Of a DNA stretch of 64,000 nt, positions 47,848 to 58,308 are shown piece by piece. Positions within the stretch are counted from its first letter, which is position 1. The number at the start of each line of letters is the position of its first letter. Origin of the DNA: a virus (taxonomy: Duplodnaviria > Heunggongvirae > Uroviricota > Caudoviricetes); the IMG/VR virus record IMGVR_UViG_3300031993_000051. One strand, 5' to 3'. Under the pieces are notes generated by a model, which saw only the letters and a program-made list of their open reading frames with translations, was not told the DNA's origin and did no database searches. The position numbers were made by a program, and so were the translations under genes.

Positions 47848-47940
47848 AATTTAATCTCCTTACTATTATTTATAAGATAAAAACAGATTATATCCGATTA
47901 TTTTGAGTTATAAATAATAATAGAAAAAGGAAAGCTGCAT

Positions 47941-50900
47941 ATGATTATAAAAAACGGTAAAGTACTTGCTATAAATTCAGTAAAACATGATGATACTCTT
48001 AAGGGTAATGGTCTTAGCGGAACGCCATTAGGACTAAGTGAAACTGTAAAACAGGTAATAGAAAGTAAGCAAAATAAATTATCTCCAGCCGATAATACTA
48101 TTGCTATTTCTAATGACAAAATTAAGGTTAATACATCTGGTATTTCTGCTCAACAGATTCATCCGTCTGTTTTTGACCCGTATGCTTCTAAAACTTGGGT
48201 TAATGAACAAGGATTTTTAAAACAAGTAGCCCTTGAACCATATGCTTTATCAGCTGATGTAAGACGTGAATTTGATGCCTCTGCAGCATGGGTCAATGAC
48301 CGTTTTGAACATATCCCTGGTGCTGAAGCTTATTATGGTGGCAATGGAATTAATGTAGATGGACACAAGATTGACCTTACTGCTGATGTTGTTTCTCATA
48401 ATGAATTAACAGAAGCATTAAATCCATATGCAACTCAGGAATGGGTTGAAGGACACGGCTATTTAACAGATGCAGATTTAAGTGATTTTGCAACAAAAGA
48501 ATATGCACGTCAAGCTTCAGCTGCAGCTGTTTCTACTACTCAAAGTTGGGTAAATGATCAGGGTTATTTAAAAGCTAACGCATTAGACCCATATGCAAAA
48601 ACTTCAGATGTTAATGCACAATTTAATGCTACTTCTGCTTGGGCAAATGATAAATTCCAAGTTAAAGGTGATTATCTTACAAGTGCAGATTTAAATAATT
48701 ATTATACAAAAGATAAAGTTTATAATAAAGAAGAAATTGATACATTACTTGCAAATTTTGGTGGTTTTAAAGTAGTATCTGGTGATGCACAACAAAATTA
48801 TGCACCATCTTTAGATGAACACGGTGAATTATCTGACCATACAAAGCCAAATGAAAAAACTATTTACTTGACAAAAGTAAGTACATTGTTAGAAGATAAT
48901 TATAAAGAATGGATTTGGAAAGGTGGATCCATCTTTGATTGCATTGGTATTGCAACTATCGATTTACAAGGCTATGTAACTGATGAAGAATTAGCGGCAG
49001 AATTATTAAAGTATTATAAAAAATCAGATGTTGATGAGATGTTCCGAGTAACTTCTGCTTGGGCTAATGAAACATTCCAGCCTATTGGTGAATATGTTAG
49101 TGCATCAAAGTTAAATGAGTATTATACAAAAACAGAAGTTGATGCAGAATTTAGAGAAACTTCTAGTTGGGCTAATGAAACATTCCAGCCTATTGGTAAA
49201 TATGTCAGTGCAACAGACTTAGACAATTATTATACTAAGTCTGAAGTTAATAATCAGTTTGAAGATTTATCTGCTACTGTTTCTAGCGAATATGCTAAGA
49301 AGACAGATATTCCAGAAGTTCCAGTTTATACTGCAGCTAATGAATATATTAAGATTACTAATGATTATGGTGTTTCTGGTTATGACTGGACAGATAAAAT
49401 TAATACAAAGCAAGATGTTTTAACAATCGAACAACTTTCTGCAATTAGTTCTGTAAGTTCTGTTCAAGTTGTTTCTGGCAATTGGGTTACTTCTGCTTCT
49501 GATATTATCAGTGCTGAGGGTTTAGCATATTTCTTAGTCAAGGACGGAGATAGTTCTAAGTGGGAAGGTGTTAATCTCTCTACATTGGGTAGTTCTTACG
49601 ATGTTACTTCTGAAGATGATACTTTATTACATGTTACAACAGCAGTTGATAATGGTGATGTAACATATACATTAAGCGCAAAAGATTGGACTACTGAGCT
49701 CGATGAAAAACAAGATAAACTCACAGAAGAACAAATCGAAGCAATTAGCTCTGTAAGTGCAATTCAGAATACTTCTGGAAATTGGGTTACTTCTGGTATT
49801 GATACAATCAGTGACCCTGCTCTTGCTTATGTTTTGGTCAGGGACGGTAATAGTTCTAAATGGAATGGTGTAGATTTATCTACATTAGGAAAAACATATA
49901 ATGTTTCTTCTGTAACTGAAAACTTGCTTACTGTTTCTGCTAAGACAGAAGATAACCAAACAACATATATTTTAAGTGCTGCTGATTATCCAGAAATTCC
50001 AGAAATTCCTGATATTGTTGGTAGTGGTCTTGAAGCAGAATATGATGATGTAAATAACGAATATCTTGTTACAATGAGTGCAAGAGGTAATAATGGTATT
50101 TCTGCTGCTTATGATGATGAAAATAATGTTTGGGATATTGGTTTAAGTGCAAATAATTTTGCATATATGTATGATTCTTATACAAACGGCTATGTTGGTG
50201 ATGTTAGTGCAAATACAATTCTTAATTTTAGTGGAACTAATCATAATAATATTACAGTTGATCAAGACGGTTATATTATATTACCAGAGACCGGTAATAA
50301 GTTTACTTTCTGTATAAATGAATATATTGATAATAATAACCCTGGAACACATAGTTACTTATTAAATAAATTAACATTAAGTTCTGATAAAGGTGATAAT
50401 CTTGCTTCTACAATGACATATTATCCAACCGAAGTTGGTGCAAGTAATGCAACATTGGCAATTACTATTGACCATTCTGTAGATCCTACAAGAAAATATG
50501 CGGTTGTTTATGAAGGAAGTACAATTCCACTTTCTGCATATTTGAATGCAACTATCAGCGTTGTTGAAGAAGTTTCAACACTTGGTATGATTAATCGTGG
50601 TGAAAGCGACGTTTATGTAGGTGATAAGCCAATTAATGTCAATAATGATACAAGACATATTAGCCTTGGTTTTGATACTGGTATTTTCACATTAAATAGT
50701 AATCAAGAATTAACACTTAATGCAAATGGTACTGGTGGTGGTGATACTCCAGTTGATCCTGTTGCATTTAATAAGTTACTTAATAGCATTAATGGTCGTA
50801 TTGTTGAAACAATCCCTATCGGTGTTATTAATTATGCAACTGCTCTTAATAATAATTATTCCATTGCATATCTATTCAGACCAATGATTGAATTCGATAT

Positions 50901-51327
50901 GACACCTCAGACAACTGCCAGATTTATTGCAGGTAATGCCAGTGCAGGTAATTCTACTGTCATGATTGACGTTTATGAATTAAATGAATCTAATTACACA
51001 ATAAATCTTATGTGGTGGAGTGAAACTAAGACATTAACTACATCTAAGGGCGAACAGGTATTAAATGCAAACAATGGTTGTACTCAAACAAAAACAATTT
51101 ATCCAGATAGATTGTATTATGCTAGAATTATTTGTACTGGACAACAGATACAACAGTTATTAGGTATAAATAATACAGTAACTGAAGATATAGGACCTTA
51201 TGACCTTGTATATGTCAACGACCATCCAGACACTAATCCATTTAACTTGGAGGGTAGAACAGTTAATAATCTTGGTGTTGTTGGAAATGCTAGCTTTAAA
51301 CCATATATCGGCTTTAAGAATACGTAG
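47941..51327 (+). CDS. long tail fibre protein
   Basis: 1128 aa with many TxxWVNDQGYL / YYTKxEVD-type phage tail-fibre repeats and internal tandem duplications. Confidence 0.7.
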   Translation: MIIKNGKVLAINSVKHDDTLKGNGLSGTPLGLSETVKQVIESKQNKLSPADNTIAISNDKIKVNTSGISAQQIHPSVFDPYASKTWVNEQGFLKQVALEPYALSADVRREFDASAAWVNDRFEHIPGAEAYYGGNGINVDGHKIDLTADVVSHNELTEALNPYATQEWVEGHGYLTDADLSDFATKEYARQASAAAVSTTQSWVNDQGYLKANALDPYAKTSDVNAQFNATSAWANDKFQVKGDYLTSADLNNYYTKDKVYNKEEIDTLLANFGGFKVVSGDAQQNYAPSLDEHGELSDHTKPNEKTIYLTKVSTLLEDNYKEWIWKGGSIFDCIGIATIDLQGYVTDEELAAELLKYYKKSDVDEMFRVTSAWANETFQPIGEYVSASKLNEYYTKTEVDAEFRETSSWANETFQPIGKYVSATDLDNYYTKSEVNNQFEDLSATVSSEYAKKTDIPEVPVYTAANEYIKITNDYGVSGYDWTDKINTKQDVLTIEQLSAISSVSSVQVVSGNWVTSASDIISAEGLAYFLVKDGDSSKWEGVNLSTLGSSYDVTSEDDTLLHVTTAVDNGDVTYTLSAKDWTTELDEKQDKLTEEQIEAISSVSAIQNTSGNWVTSGIDTISDPALAYVLVRDGNSSKWNGVDLSTLGKTYNVSSVTENLLTVSAKTEDNQTTYILSAADYPEIPEIPDIVGSGLEAEYDDVNNEYLVTMSARGNNGISAAYDDENNVWDIGLSANNFAYMYDSYTNGYVGDVSANTILNFSGTNHNNITVDQDGYIILPETGNKFTFCINEYIDNNNPGTHSYLLNKLTLSSDKGDNLASTMTYYPTEVGASNATLAITIDHSVDPTRKYAVVYEGSTIPLSAYLNATISVVEEVSTLGMINRGESDVYVGDKPINVNNDTRHISLGFDTGIFTLNSNQELTLNANGTGGGDTPVDPVAFNKLLNSINGRIVETIPIGVINYATALNNNYSIAYLFRPMIEFDMTPQTTARFIAGNASAGNSTVMIDVYELNESNYTINLMWWSETKTLTTSKGEQVLNANNGCTQTKTIYPDRLYYARIICTGQQIQQLLGINNTVTEDIGPYDLVYVNDHPDTNPFNLEGRTVNNLGVVGNASFKPYIGFKNT
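49040..49260 (+). repeat. 108-nt (36-aa) tandem duplication inside the tail-fibre gene
   Basis: gggctaatgaaacattccagcctattggt occurs at 49061 and again at 49169. Confidence 0.7.
49411..50010 (+). repeat. ~300-nt (100-aa) tandem duplicated module inside the tail-fibre gene
   Basis: QDVLTIEQLSAISSVSSVQVVSGNWVTS...LSAKDW at 49411 repeats as QDKLTEEQIEAISSVSAIQNTSGNWVTS...LSAADY at 49711. Confidence 0.65.
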
Positions 51328-51335
51328 GTAAGTAA

Positions 51336-51686
51336 ATGATTACAAGTTATAATAAAAAGACAATTAGTGAAGGAAAAGCCGGTTTTACACTTGGCATTCC
51401 TGAATTATGGAATGGCGCTCATAATCTTTCTGGTCTTGACTGGAATTATTGTGTTGCACCGTTTATTGACAGAGACTTACATGAAAAATTGTTGGCTGTC
51501 ACACAAAAAGAAATGGCACCAATCATTACTACTGTTACAATGATTCTTTCTTTAATTAGAAGCGGATATTTTTATACAGCAAGTTTATTGGTTCAACAGC
51601 TTGATGTTTCATCAAGCGCAACATTAACAGAAATTAAAGCTTGGTTACTTAAGACTTTGATTGAAGCAGACGATACAGAGGAATAA
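51336..51686 (+). CDS. hypothetical protein (possible fibre assembly factor)
   Basis: 116-aa ORF between two fibre genes. Confidence 0.35.
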   Translation: MITSYNKKTISEGKAGFTLGIPELWNGAHNLSGLDWNYCVAPFIDRDLHEKLLAVTQKEMAPIITTVTMILSLIRSGYFYTASLLVQQLDVSSSATLTEIKAWLLKTLIEADDTEE

Positions 51687-51689
51687 TTT

Positions 51690-53627
51690 ATGGCAGAATT
51701 GATAATTCAAAATCCAAGTATAACAACAGACGCCTTTGAATATGATGAAGCAGGGCGTGTTTCTGCTATTGCTGAACATCCTCTTGCTGGTGGAGGTGGT
51801 GGCACAATTGAAAAAAGTGACTTAATGTGGAAACCTAATGTTGGAAGTGATGGCTATGTTCGCTGGACACTCGCATCTTCTGCTACGACACCAGACGCAG
51901 CCTACATTTCTGGTGCACAAGGTCCCGCTGGTCCACAAGGTGTTTCTGGTAATCCTGGTAAAAATCCACTATTCCAGATTAACTCAGAAAATGCTCATTG
52001 GGAATGGAAATATTCAGGAGATGAGGGTTGGACAGATCTCGGAGTAGTAGCTTCTGGTGCTGTTGGTCCACAAGGTCTTTCTGGTGATGATGGTATTTCG
52101 CCAAAAGTCAGAATTAATAATTCAACTAATTTTTGGGAAATTTCTGAAGATGATGGTAAAACATGGACATCCACTAATGTTTCTGCAACCGGTCCTGCAG
52201 GTGAAGATGGTACAAATGGAACTAACGGTGTTTCTCCGACAGTTTCTACTTCTGCAATTCCTGGTGGTAACAGAGTTATATTTACTTACGACAATGGCGG
52301 AACTACTGCAACAGAATCAATCGATGTTATGAGCGGTGTTTCTGGTGCTAACGGTTCTGACGGTTTTTCTCCGACAGTTGTTACTGCTGCCATTCCAGTA
52401 TCAGAACAATTCCCGGCAGGTGGTACCGAGGTTACTATTACAGATAGTGATGGTCAGCATATATTTAATATTTCAAACGGCCTGGATGGGCAAGGTGCAA
52501 CAGTTAATCTTCTTGGTGGAGAAGGTATTGAAGTCACTAAAGTTGCCTCAAATTATACTATTTCTGTTTCTGCTGATTATGCAACTAAAGCTTATGTTGA
52601 AGCCGCAAGTGCTAATGCTTATAATGAAGCAGAAACTTGGGTTAGAAATCAAGGTTATTTGACATCAGTTCCTCCTGAATATGCCTTGACATCTGATATT
52701 CCTACAGCAGTTGCTCAATTAACAGATAGTGGAAATTATTATAAAAAGGCAGAAACAAGTGGCGCAACTGAAATTACCAATGCTTTGAGTACAAAACTTG
52801 ATTCAACTGCTGCTGCTCAAACATATCAAACTAAATCTGATATGGCTAATTACTTGACAACAAGCGACGCTTCTACTACATATCAGCCAAAAGGAAATTA
52901 TGCTTCTGCATCAGATATTGTTGGAATGGCTACTCAGACATGGGTTGGACAGCAAGGATTTATAACGAAAGATGCTAACGATTTAACATATTACTATAAG
53001 AAGACAGAAACAAGTGGTGCAAGTGAGTTATCTACTGAATTTGCAAAGTATGTTACCAAACCAGATTCTTCATTAGTAAATAATTATTTAGTATTAAGAA
53101 CAGATAATGCTGGTAATGTAAGTGGTTGGTGTGACTTCAATGATCAATGTTATTCAAAATCAGAAGCATTAGGAACATTTGTTGCTACAGCTAACATAGA
53201 CACTACAACATTATCAGGTGATGGTAAATCTGTAAGTACAAAACTAGGTGTAAAGACAGATGTTATTGCTACTACAGATTATGTAAATAGTAGTTTCTTA
53301 CCAACTTCAGGTGGAACAGTATCTGGTGAAACAATACTAAGTGCCGCAACAGGAACATTTGATGGTAGTTATCTTAAATGTGTCAATGATGGTAATAATG
53401 GTTATGCCAGATTTGGTGTCGGTAGTTATGGTGGGGCTGTAATTAAAGCAGTAGATGGTAGTAATAATAGAGTTCAAGTAAATGTAAAAACAAATTCAAA
53501 TAATAATGAATTAATTTCAGTACAAACAAATGATTCTACTATTGGTTATTTAATTCCTGCCGTAACTTCAACAACAACTGCTGGACTAACAAATGATGGT
53601 ATTCTACATATTATTGTAGAGAGTTAA
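51690..53627 (+). CDS. collagen-like repeat tail fibre protein
   Basis: Four ~47-aa modules, each with a short G-X-Y run (GAQGPAGPQGVSGNPG, GAVGPQGLSGDDG, GPAGEDGTNGTNG, GVSGANGSDG) followed by SP(K/T)V. Tail-fibre repeats (TWVRNQGYLT...) lie further downstream. Confidence 0.7.
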   Translation: MAELIIQNPSITTDAFEYDEAGRVSAIAEHPLAGGGGGTIEKSDLMWKPNVGSDGYVRWTLASSATTPDAAYISGAQGPAGPQGVSGNPGKNPLFQINSENAHWEWKYSGDEGWTDLGVVASGAVGPQGLSGDDGISPKVRINNSTNFWEISEDDGKTWTSTNVSATGPAGEDGTNGTNGVSPTVSTSAIPGGNRVIFTYDNGGTTATESIDVMSGVSGANGSDGFSPTVVTAAIPVSEQFPAGGTEVTITDSDGQHIFNISNGLDGQGATVNLLGGEGIEVTKVASNYTISVSADYATKAYVEAASANAYNEAETWVRNQGYLTSVPPEYALTSDIPTAVAQLTDSGNYYKKAETSGATEITNALSTKLDSTAAAQTYQTKSDMANYLTTSDASTTYQPKGNYASASDIVGMATQTWVGQQGFITKDANDLTYYYKKTETSGASELSTEFAKYVTKPDSSLVNNYLVLRTDNAGNVSGWCDFNDQCYSKSEALGTFVATANIDTTTLSGDGKSVSTKLGVKTDVIATTDYVNSSFLPTSGGTVSGETILSAATGTFDGSYLKCVNDGNNGYARFGVGSYGGAVIKAVDGSNNRVQVNVKTNSNNNELISVQTNDSTIGYLIPAVTSTTTAGLTNDGILHIIVES

Positions 53628-53628
53628 T

Positions 53629-54981
53629 ATGGCTAATGATTTTAAATTTGGAAATAAAGCAATACAAGACTTGTATTTCGGCAACAAAGCCGTTTTACAG
53701 GTCTATTTTGGTGATAAATTAATCTGGCAAAAATTACAAAAAATACTTTTAACACAAAACGATAATGTGGTAATTGAATATGAACCTTCTGCAAATGAAG
53801 AAATAGAACATATATCTTGTTTCTTTAACCCAACGGATGATAATAGCACACAAATCTTTTTTAAGATTTTCCACGAATCTGGTCTAGTTGTAGCACAGGT
53901 AGGAAGTGATAGTATTGACTCCCAGGTTACAGAATTATATGAATTACAAGGTCAAAAAAGAATTGTAACATTAAATCCAAAACTAACATTACGTGCTGGA
54001 GAAAAATACTATTTCCAATATACTTATAATAATGGTGTTCAAATTAAACCAACTTATTTCCAAGGTATGACTGGAAACTATAAAGTATTTAGAAATAATG
54101 AAAATAAAAATGTAGCAAATATATCTTCATTAGGTGATTATCTTGGTTATGTAGATGATTTAGGCGATTTTATGGAAGCATCTAATAATGATTTTATGGT
54201 TTGGGATGTTAATGGAGAAAACCTTACACAAGGAAATGTCTATGTTAGAGGCAGTCAAACTTGCACAAAGTATTATGGTAATTTAGGTAGTGGTTCGTAT
54301 GGTGGTGCAGAAGCACAACAAATTTATTTTATGCAAGTTGGTGAAATTTTTAAATGGACTGGTTATAATGGTGCCGGTGATGATAGATTACATTCAAATT
54401 ATTTTTATAGAAGATTAGACTATCCTATGAAACTGTATACAACAGAAGTTAATTTAAACAACTATTCAAATAATATGCAAAAAATAACGGCTGTTATTCT
54501 TGGAGCAAGTAAAAAGAATGATGATGAAAATACGGCCGGTGCTAAATTTACAGGTAACATTTGGGGATATGCTCCATACTTTGACAACATAATTTACACA
54601 TTAAATGATGGATATACTGTTGATTTTGACTGGGCAGATGCAGATGCAAAAACACTTGTTTTGGAAAATGACCCTGGTACTTATGTAGAAAAAAGATTTT
54701 ATTATATGAATCATAATAATACTGCAGGGCTATACCTTTATCTAAATGGTAATTTAATATTAATGAATGAATATAATGGTGCACATCAAGAAGGTCAATA
54801 TGATAGAATCATTGACTATATAACTGAAGTAGATGCTCTTAATGCTGTAACAGAAGTAGGAACAATAACTTCATTTATTTCAAATACTTTTGATGGAAAC
54901 TATTATTCAAATAATTTTAGACAAGCGTCATTAGAAACAACAAAGAAATTTTATCTACAAATTGATGGTAGAGAGGTTTAA
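53629..54981 (+). CDS. hypothetical protein (candidate distal fibre / receptor-binding component)
   Basis: 450-aa ORF directly downstream of the fibre genes. Confidence 0.35.
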   Translation: MANDFKFGNKAIQDLYFGNKAVLQVYFGDKLIWQKLQKILLTQNDNVVIEYEPSANEEIEHISCFFNPTDDNSTQIFFKIFHESGLVVAQVGSDSIDSQVTELYELQGQKRIVTLNPKLTLRAGEKYYFQYTYNNGVQIKPTYFQGMTGNYKVFRNNENKNVANISSLGDYLGYVDDLGDFMEASNNDFMVWDVNGENLTQGNVYVRGSQTCTKYYGNLGSGSYGGAEAQQIYFMQVGEIFKWTGYNGAGDDRLHSNYFYRRLDYPMKLYTTEVNLNNYSNNMQKITAVILGASKKNDDENTAGAKFTGNIWGYAPYFDNIIYTLNDGYTVDFDWADADAKTLVLENDPGTYVEKRFYYMNHNNTAGLYLYLNGNLILMNEYNGAHQEGQYDRIIDYITEVDALNAVTEVGTITSFISNTFDGNYYSNNFRQASLETTKKFYLQIDGREV

Positions 54982-56377
54982 AATGCATCAGTTTTATGCT
55001 ATTGAAAAATTTACAAAAAAATTATTATATCAGTCAGCAAGTTTATATTTGCTAAAAGATATGATTAAATTTAAAGGACTAACCGAGAGCGATTGTATTA
55101 TAACAGAGGATGTAGATATGAAGTACATATCACGAATTGTTTATGTGGATGGTGAATGTGTTTATAACAATAAAGAATTTTGGGTAAATTCAGCTCCTGA
55201 AATTTTAGAGAATTTTGAAGAACACGAAGTTCTTGATTTTATGGATAAACCAGTTGATAAATTTAGATTTGAAACTGAATATAATTCTAATTCATCAAGA
55301 ATTTCAAACATTGATGGTGTAGCGGGCGAAGTTGACTATAACATCACAGTTGGTAACGAATTCATTTCGTTGTTCCGTGAAGAATGTATCTTCACTGACT
55401 TCCAGACGGTCACACCGCTTGACATCGCTCAGAAACTTCTAACAGTCATCTCGCTTGTTCAGACAGGTTCATTCCGAGAAGCAAAGATAGTTTTGAAGAC
55501 AGTAGAGCCTGATGCATTCTTGACAGCTGAACGTTTGAAGAAGTATGAAGACATGCTTGATGCCGCTGACGCAATAACTTACGCAACAGCTGAAGATTAC
55601 TTTTATACAGCCGCTGACATTACAGAAGAACAACTTGAAGAAACATATCAAAGAATTTATGGAATGTTTACTTCGGAAAAGAAAAGAACTGTAAAATATA
55701 TTCTTCCACAACTTTCCGAAACTGATAAGATTATTTACTTGATTAGACACTCTGAAAGAGGAAGCGATACATCTCAGAATGGCGATTTAACAGATAATGG
55801 TATTACATTAGCTCAGAATTTTGGTAAGTTGATAACACATGGTTATGAAACTTCTAGTGGTGCCGTTAATTGTGAACCAAATAATGCACATTATTTCTCT
55901 ACTGATTTTGCAAGAACAAAGCATACTGCTCAAATTATTGCAGAAACTAGAGGCGATACTGATTATGCTAGTTCTGACTATGAAAATATTACATTAATTG
56001 ATAATTTAATTGCTGGTGATAAATTCTGGGATGCGCATACTTCTGCATTGAAGACATATGCTTATCATCCTGAAGATTTAACTGAATCTCAACTTGAATC
56101 TTTGGGCGTTTCTACAGTAGAAGAAGCAATAACTAAGAGACAGAACGATTTTGAATCTATTAACCAGAGCTTAATTGCATTAGCTGATAAACGTTTAAAT
56201 GTAATGATTACACATGATTATTTCTTATATGTTTATCTTGGTGCTGCAGTTTATACCGATGAATCATGTACAAATCCGGCAAATGTTTGTTCAGAAGTGA
56301 ATTATCTTGACGGCGCAGTAATTATTATACATGATGATAAAACTTATGAAGTATATCCAGTAGATTGCACACCATAA
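54962..56377 (+). CDS. protein with C-terminal histidine-phosphatase (PGM/SixA-like) domain
   Basis: IIYLIRHSERGSD (RHG-type catalytic motif) and a later MITHDYF. The N-terminal ~250 aa are unassigned. Confidence 0.45.
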   Translation: MMVERFKMHQFYAIEKFTKKLLYQSASLYLLKDMIKFKGLTESDCIITEDVDMKYISRIVYVDGECVYNNKEFWVNSAPEILENFEEHEVLDFMDKPVDKFRFETEYNSNSSRISNIDGVAGEVDYNITVGNEFISLFREECIFTDFQTVTPLDIAQKLLTVISLVQTGSFREAKIVLKTVEPDAFLTAERLKKYEDMLDAADAITYATAEDYFYTAADITEEQLEETYQRIYGMFTSEKKRTVKYILPQLSETDKIIYLIRHSERGSDTSQNGDLTDNGITLAQNFGKLITHGYETSSGAVNCEPNNAHYFSTDFARTKHTAQIIAETRGDTDYASSDYENITLIDNLIAGDKFWDAHTSALKTYAYHPEDLTESQLESLGVSTVEEAITKRQNDFESINQSLIALADKRLNVMITHDYFLYVYLGAAVYTDESCTNPANVCSEVNYLDGAVIIIHDDKTYEVYPVDCTP

Positions 56378-56400
56378 TTAAAAATACATAAAATAAAAAA

Positions 56401-56428
56401 GGTAAGTCAATTAAGACTTACCTTTATA
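56401..56428. terminator. bidirectional intrinsic terminator
   Basis: aggtaagtc-aatta-agacttacct, between convergent genes. Confidence 0.55.
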
Positions 56429-56449
56429 TTTTTGATTTAAAATCGGTTA

Positions 56450-56878
56450 TTAGCCAACGTTAAATTCAACCGGACGGGCTTCAGGACAGACCGGAATGTT
56501 GATGGTCAAGAGACCATTTTCAACCTTAGCGGTGAGTTCCTTCATGCTGAGGTTAGCCGGAACAAAGATCTTGATAGAGAGCTTACCGCTACCCTTGATC
56601 TTACGAACTGTGTAAACACGCTTTGCTTCAGCATCCTTTTCAGCGTCGGTGACTTCCTTCTCAACAGTTTCGATAGTAAGATATGCCTTACCGTCTTCAA
56701 TGGTGCCCTTGAGCTTGATGTCTTCACGGGTCTTACCAACGACTGCAACTTCAATAGTGCTCGAACCATCTTCTTCGTGAATGATGTTGAGCGGGACATT
56801 GACCTTTTCAGCAGTGTCATTAAAAGATGCATCGAATGCATTGAGTTCCTTGAGAAGATTTTCAAAAATATTATTCAT
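56450..56878 (-). CDS. Hsp20/alpha-crystallin small heat-shock protein
   Basis: C-terminal AKVENGLLTINIP matches the alpha-crystallin AxxxNGVLTIxxP hallmark. Codon usage is markedly GC-richer than the neighbouring genes. Confidence 0.65.
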   Translation of the reverse strand: MNNIFENLLKELNAFDASFNDTAEKVNVPLNIIHEEDGSSTIEVAVVGKTREDIKLKGTIEDGKAYLTIETVEKEVTDAEKDAEAKRVYTVRKIKGSGKLSIKIFVPANLSMKELTAKVENGLLTINIPVCPEARPVEFNVG

Positions 56879-57026
56879 AGTATTCTATCCTTTCGAGACC
56901 TTACGTGTCTCTTTTCGTTTCATTGTTAAGACATAAATCACATTTGTGTATTCATGTTTTAATTGGCGAAACTAACCAATTAAACTCTTGTTAAACTCAT
57001 TTTCGTTATATTTATAACGAAAATTT

Positions 57027-57482
57027 TTACGATGTCGCCATCATGAGTTTCTTGTAATCAAGGTAATTCTTGATAGCGAAAGATAAATTCTTTATGTTAT
57101 TCAGTGTGTTTTCGATGAATTCCAAAAAGTATTTCTGTTGGTTGACCTGTTTTAGTTTTGCTACATAAGGAGTACAACAATTAATCTGAGAATCAATTTC
57201 TTTTGCTGTTTCCCAAAATTCATTGATTGAGATATTGTATTTCTTTTGTAATTCCACTGTATTTCTAGGTCTTTTGAAACACTTTGTCAAATCACCGTAT
57301 AATTCCAACAATTCTACATTTAAGCTTGCACAGACATATTTTTGGTCTTGATACAATTTAATCCATTCTTGAATAACAGCTGGCAAAATATTATTCTTTT
57401 TAATAATTGCCTCCAAAGTATCAGGCATAGATAAATCTGTTTTTGCTTTTTCCTCAACTTGTTTAAACGTCTCTAAATTCAT
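57027..57482 (-). CDS. hypothetical protein
   Basis: 151-aa ORF whose stop overlaps the NUDIX start. Confidence 0.4.
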   Translation of the reverse strand: MNLETFKQVEEKAKTDLSMPDTLEAIIKKNNILPAVIQEWIKLYQDQKYVCASLNVELLELYGDLTKCFKRPRNTVELQKKYNISINEFWETAKEIDSQINCCTPYVAKLKQVNQQKYFLEFIENTLNNIKNLSFAIKNYLDYKKLMMATS

Positions 57483-57925
57483 ACCTTATTTATGTCACGC
57501 TCTTTGTAGCGTTTAATGCAATCGGCTACGAGCGGTCCCAAACTTCTGTAATATGTTTGGGTAGCGGTGTCATCAATCAGTTTGTAATCATCTACTTCCA
57601 AAGGAGTTCTTCCTTCGAAATTGAAAGTAGTAGAACAGCTTAAGTCTTTAAGATTGATGTCAGTTTCTGCGACATAAAGATGTAAATCTTTATACTTGGT
57701 ATATAAGAACATACCACAGTCATAAAGATCAGATTCGGTAAGTATAATATTAGCTTCTTCTTTTAATTCACGTAAAGCTGTTTCTACATGAGTCTCGTTA
57801 CCTTCTACATGTCCCTTGGGAATATCCCAATTACCGTCTCTATATGAGTGACAAGACGGATGACATGCCAAAAGCTTACGAGATGCTTTATCAATAATAA
57901 TTACACCACAACTAATAGCCTTCAT
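57479..57925 (-). CDS. NUDIX hydrolase
   Basis: GHVEGNETHVETALRELKEEANI matches the Nudix box Gx5Ex7REUxEExGU. Confidence 0.75.
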   Translation of the reverse strand: MKAISCGVIIIDKASRKLLACHPSCHSYRDGNWDIPKGHVEGNETHVETALRELKEEANIILTESDLYDCGMFLYTKYKDLHLYVAETDINLKDLSCSTTFNFEGRTPLEVDDYKLIDDTATQTYYRSLGPLVADCIKRYKERDINKV

Positions 57926-57987
57926 ATAATTCCTTTATCACAAATATAGTAAAAACGGTTGGTTTTGTAAACGGTTAAAGATTTATT

Positions 57988-58299
57988 TTAAATATATTCC
58001 GGATGAGTATCTTTAATATGCTCATATTGGTTCATGAGACTAACATAAAATTCAGAAAGCTTGTCAATTTGCATATTAAGCGTTTTAGACTTGTCTTTTA
58101 CAGTAGGTATAGATTCTTTCGCCTCTGCAAAAGAAACAAGTTTAAACGGCGTTTTAAAGCAATCTGGATGCGTTTCGCTAATACCCTTTAAAAGATTATA
58201 CTTCTCAGTATAAAACTCCTCCAGGGTATGCATACGGTTAGTTAAAGTCTCATTAGTAGCCTCTTGACGAGCTACACTTTCGTTTAATGTTTCTGCCAT
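57988..58299 (-). CDS. hypothetical protein
   Basis: 103-aa ORF. Confidence 0.4.
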   Translation of the reverse strand: MAETLNESVARQEATNETLTNRMHTLEEFYTEKYNLLKGISETHPDCFKTPFKLVSFAEAKESIPTVKDKSKTLNMQIDKLSEFYVSLMNQYEHIKDTHPEYI

Positions 58300-58308
58300 A
58301 GAATTTCC

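Noticed and set aside
56542-56865. 107-aa same-strand overlapping ORF within the Hsp20 gene
   Set aside because: It is the +1 frame of a GC-richer gene. The Hsp20 frame has the alpha-crystallin hallmark.
56450-56878. Interpreting the GC-rich Hsp20 gene as definite recent horizontal acquisition
   Set aside because: Similar GC enrichment is seen in gp32, uvsX and other presumably highly expressed genes. Expression-linked codon bias explains it equally well, so it is reported only as an observation.
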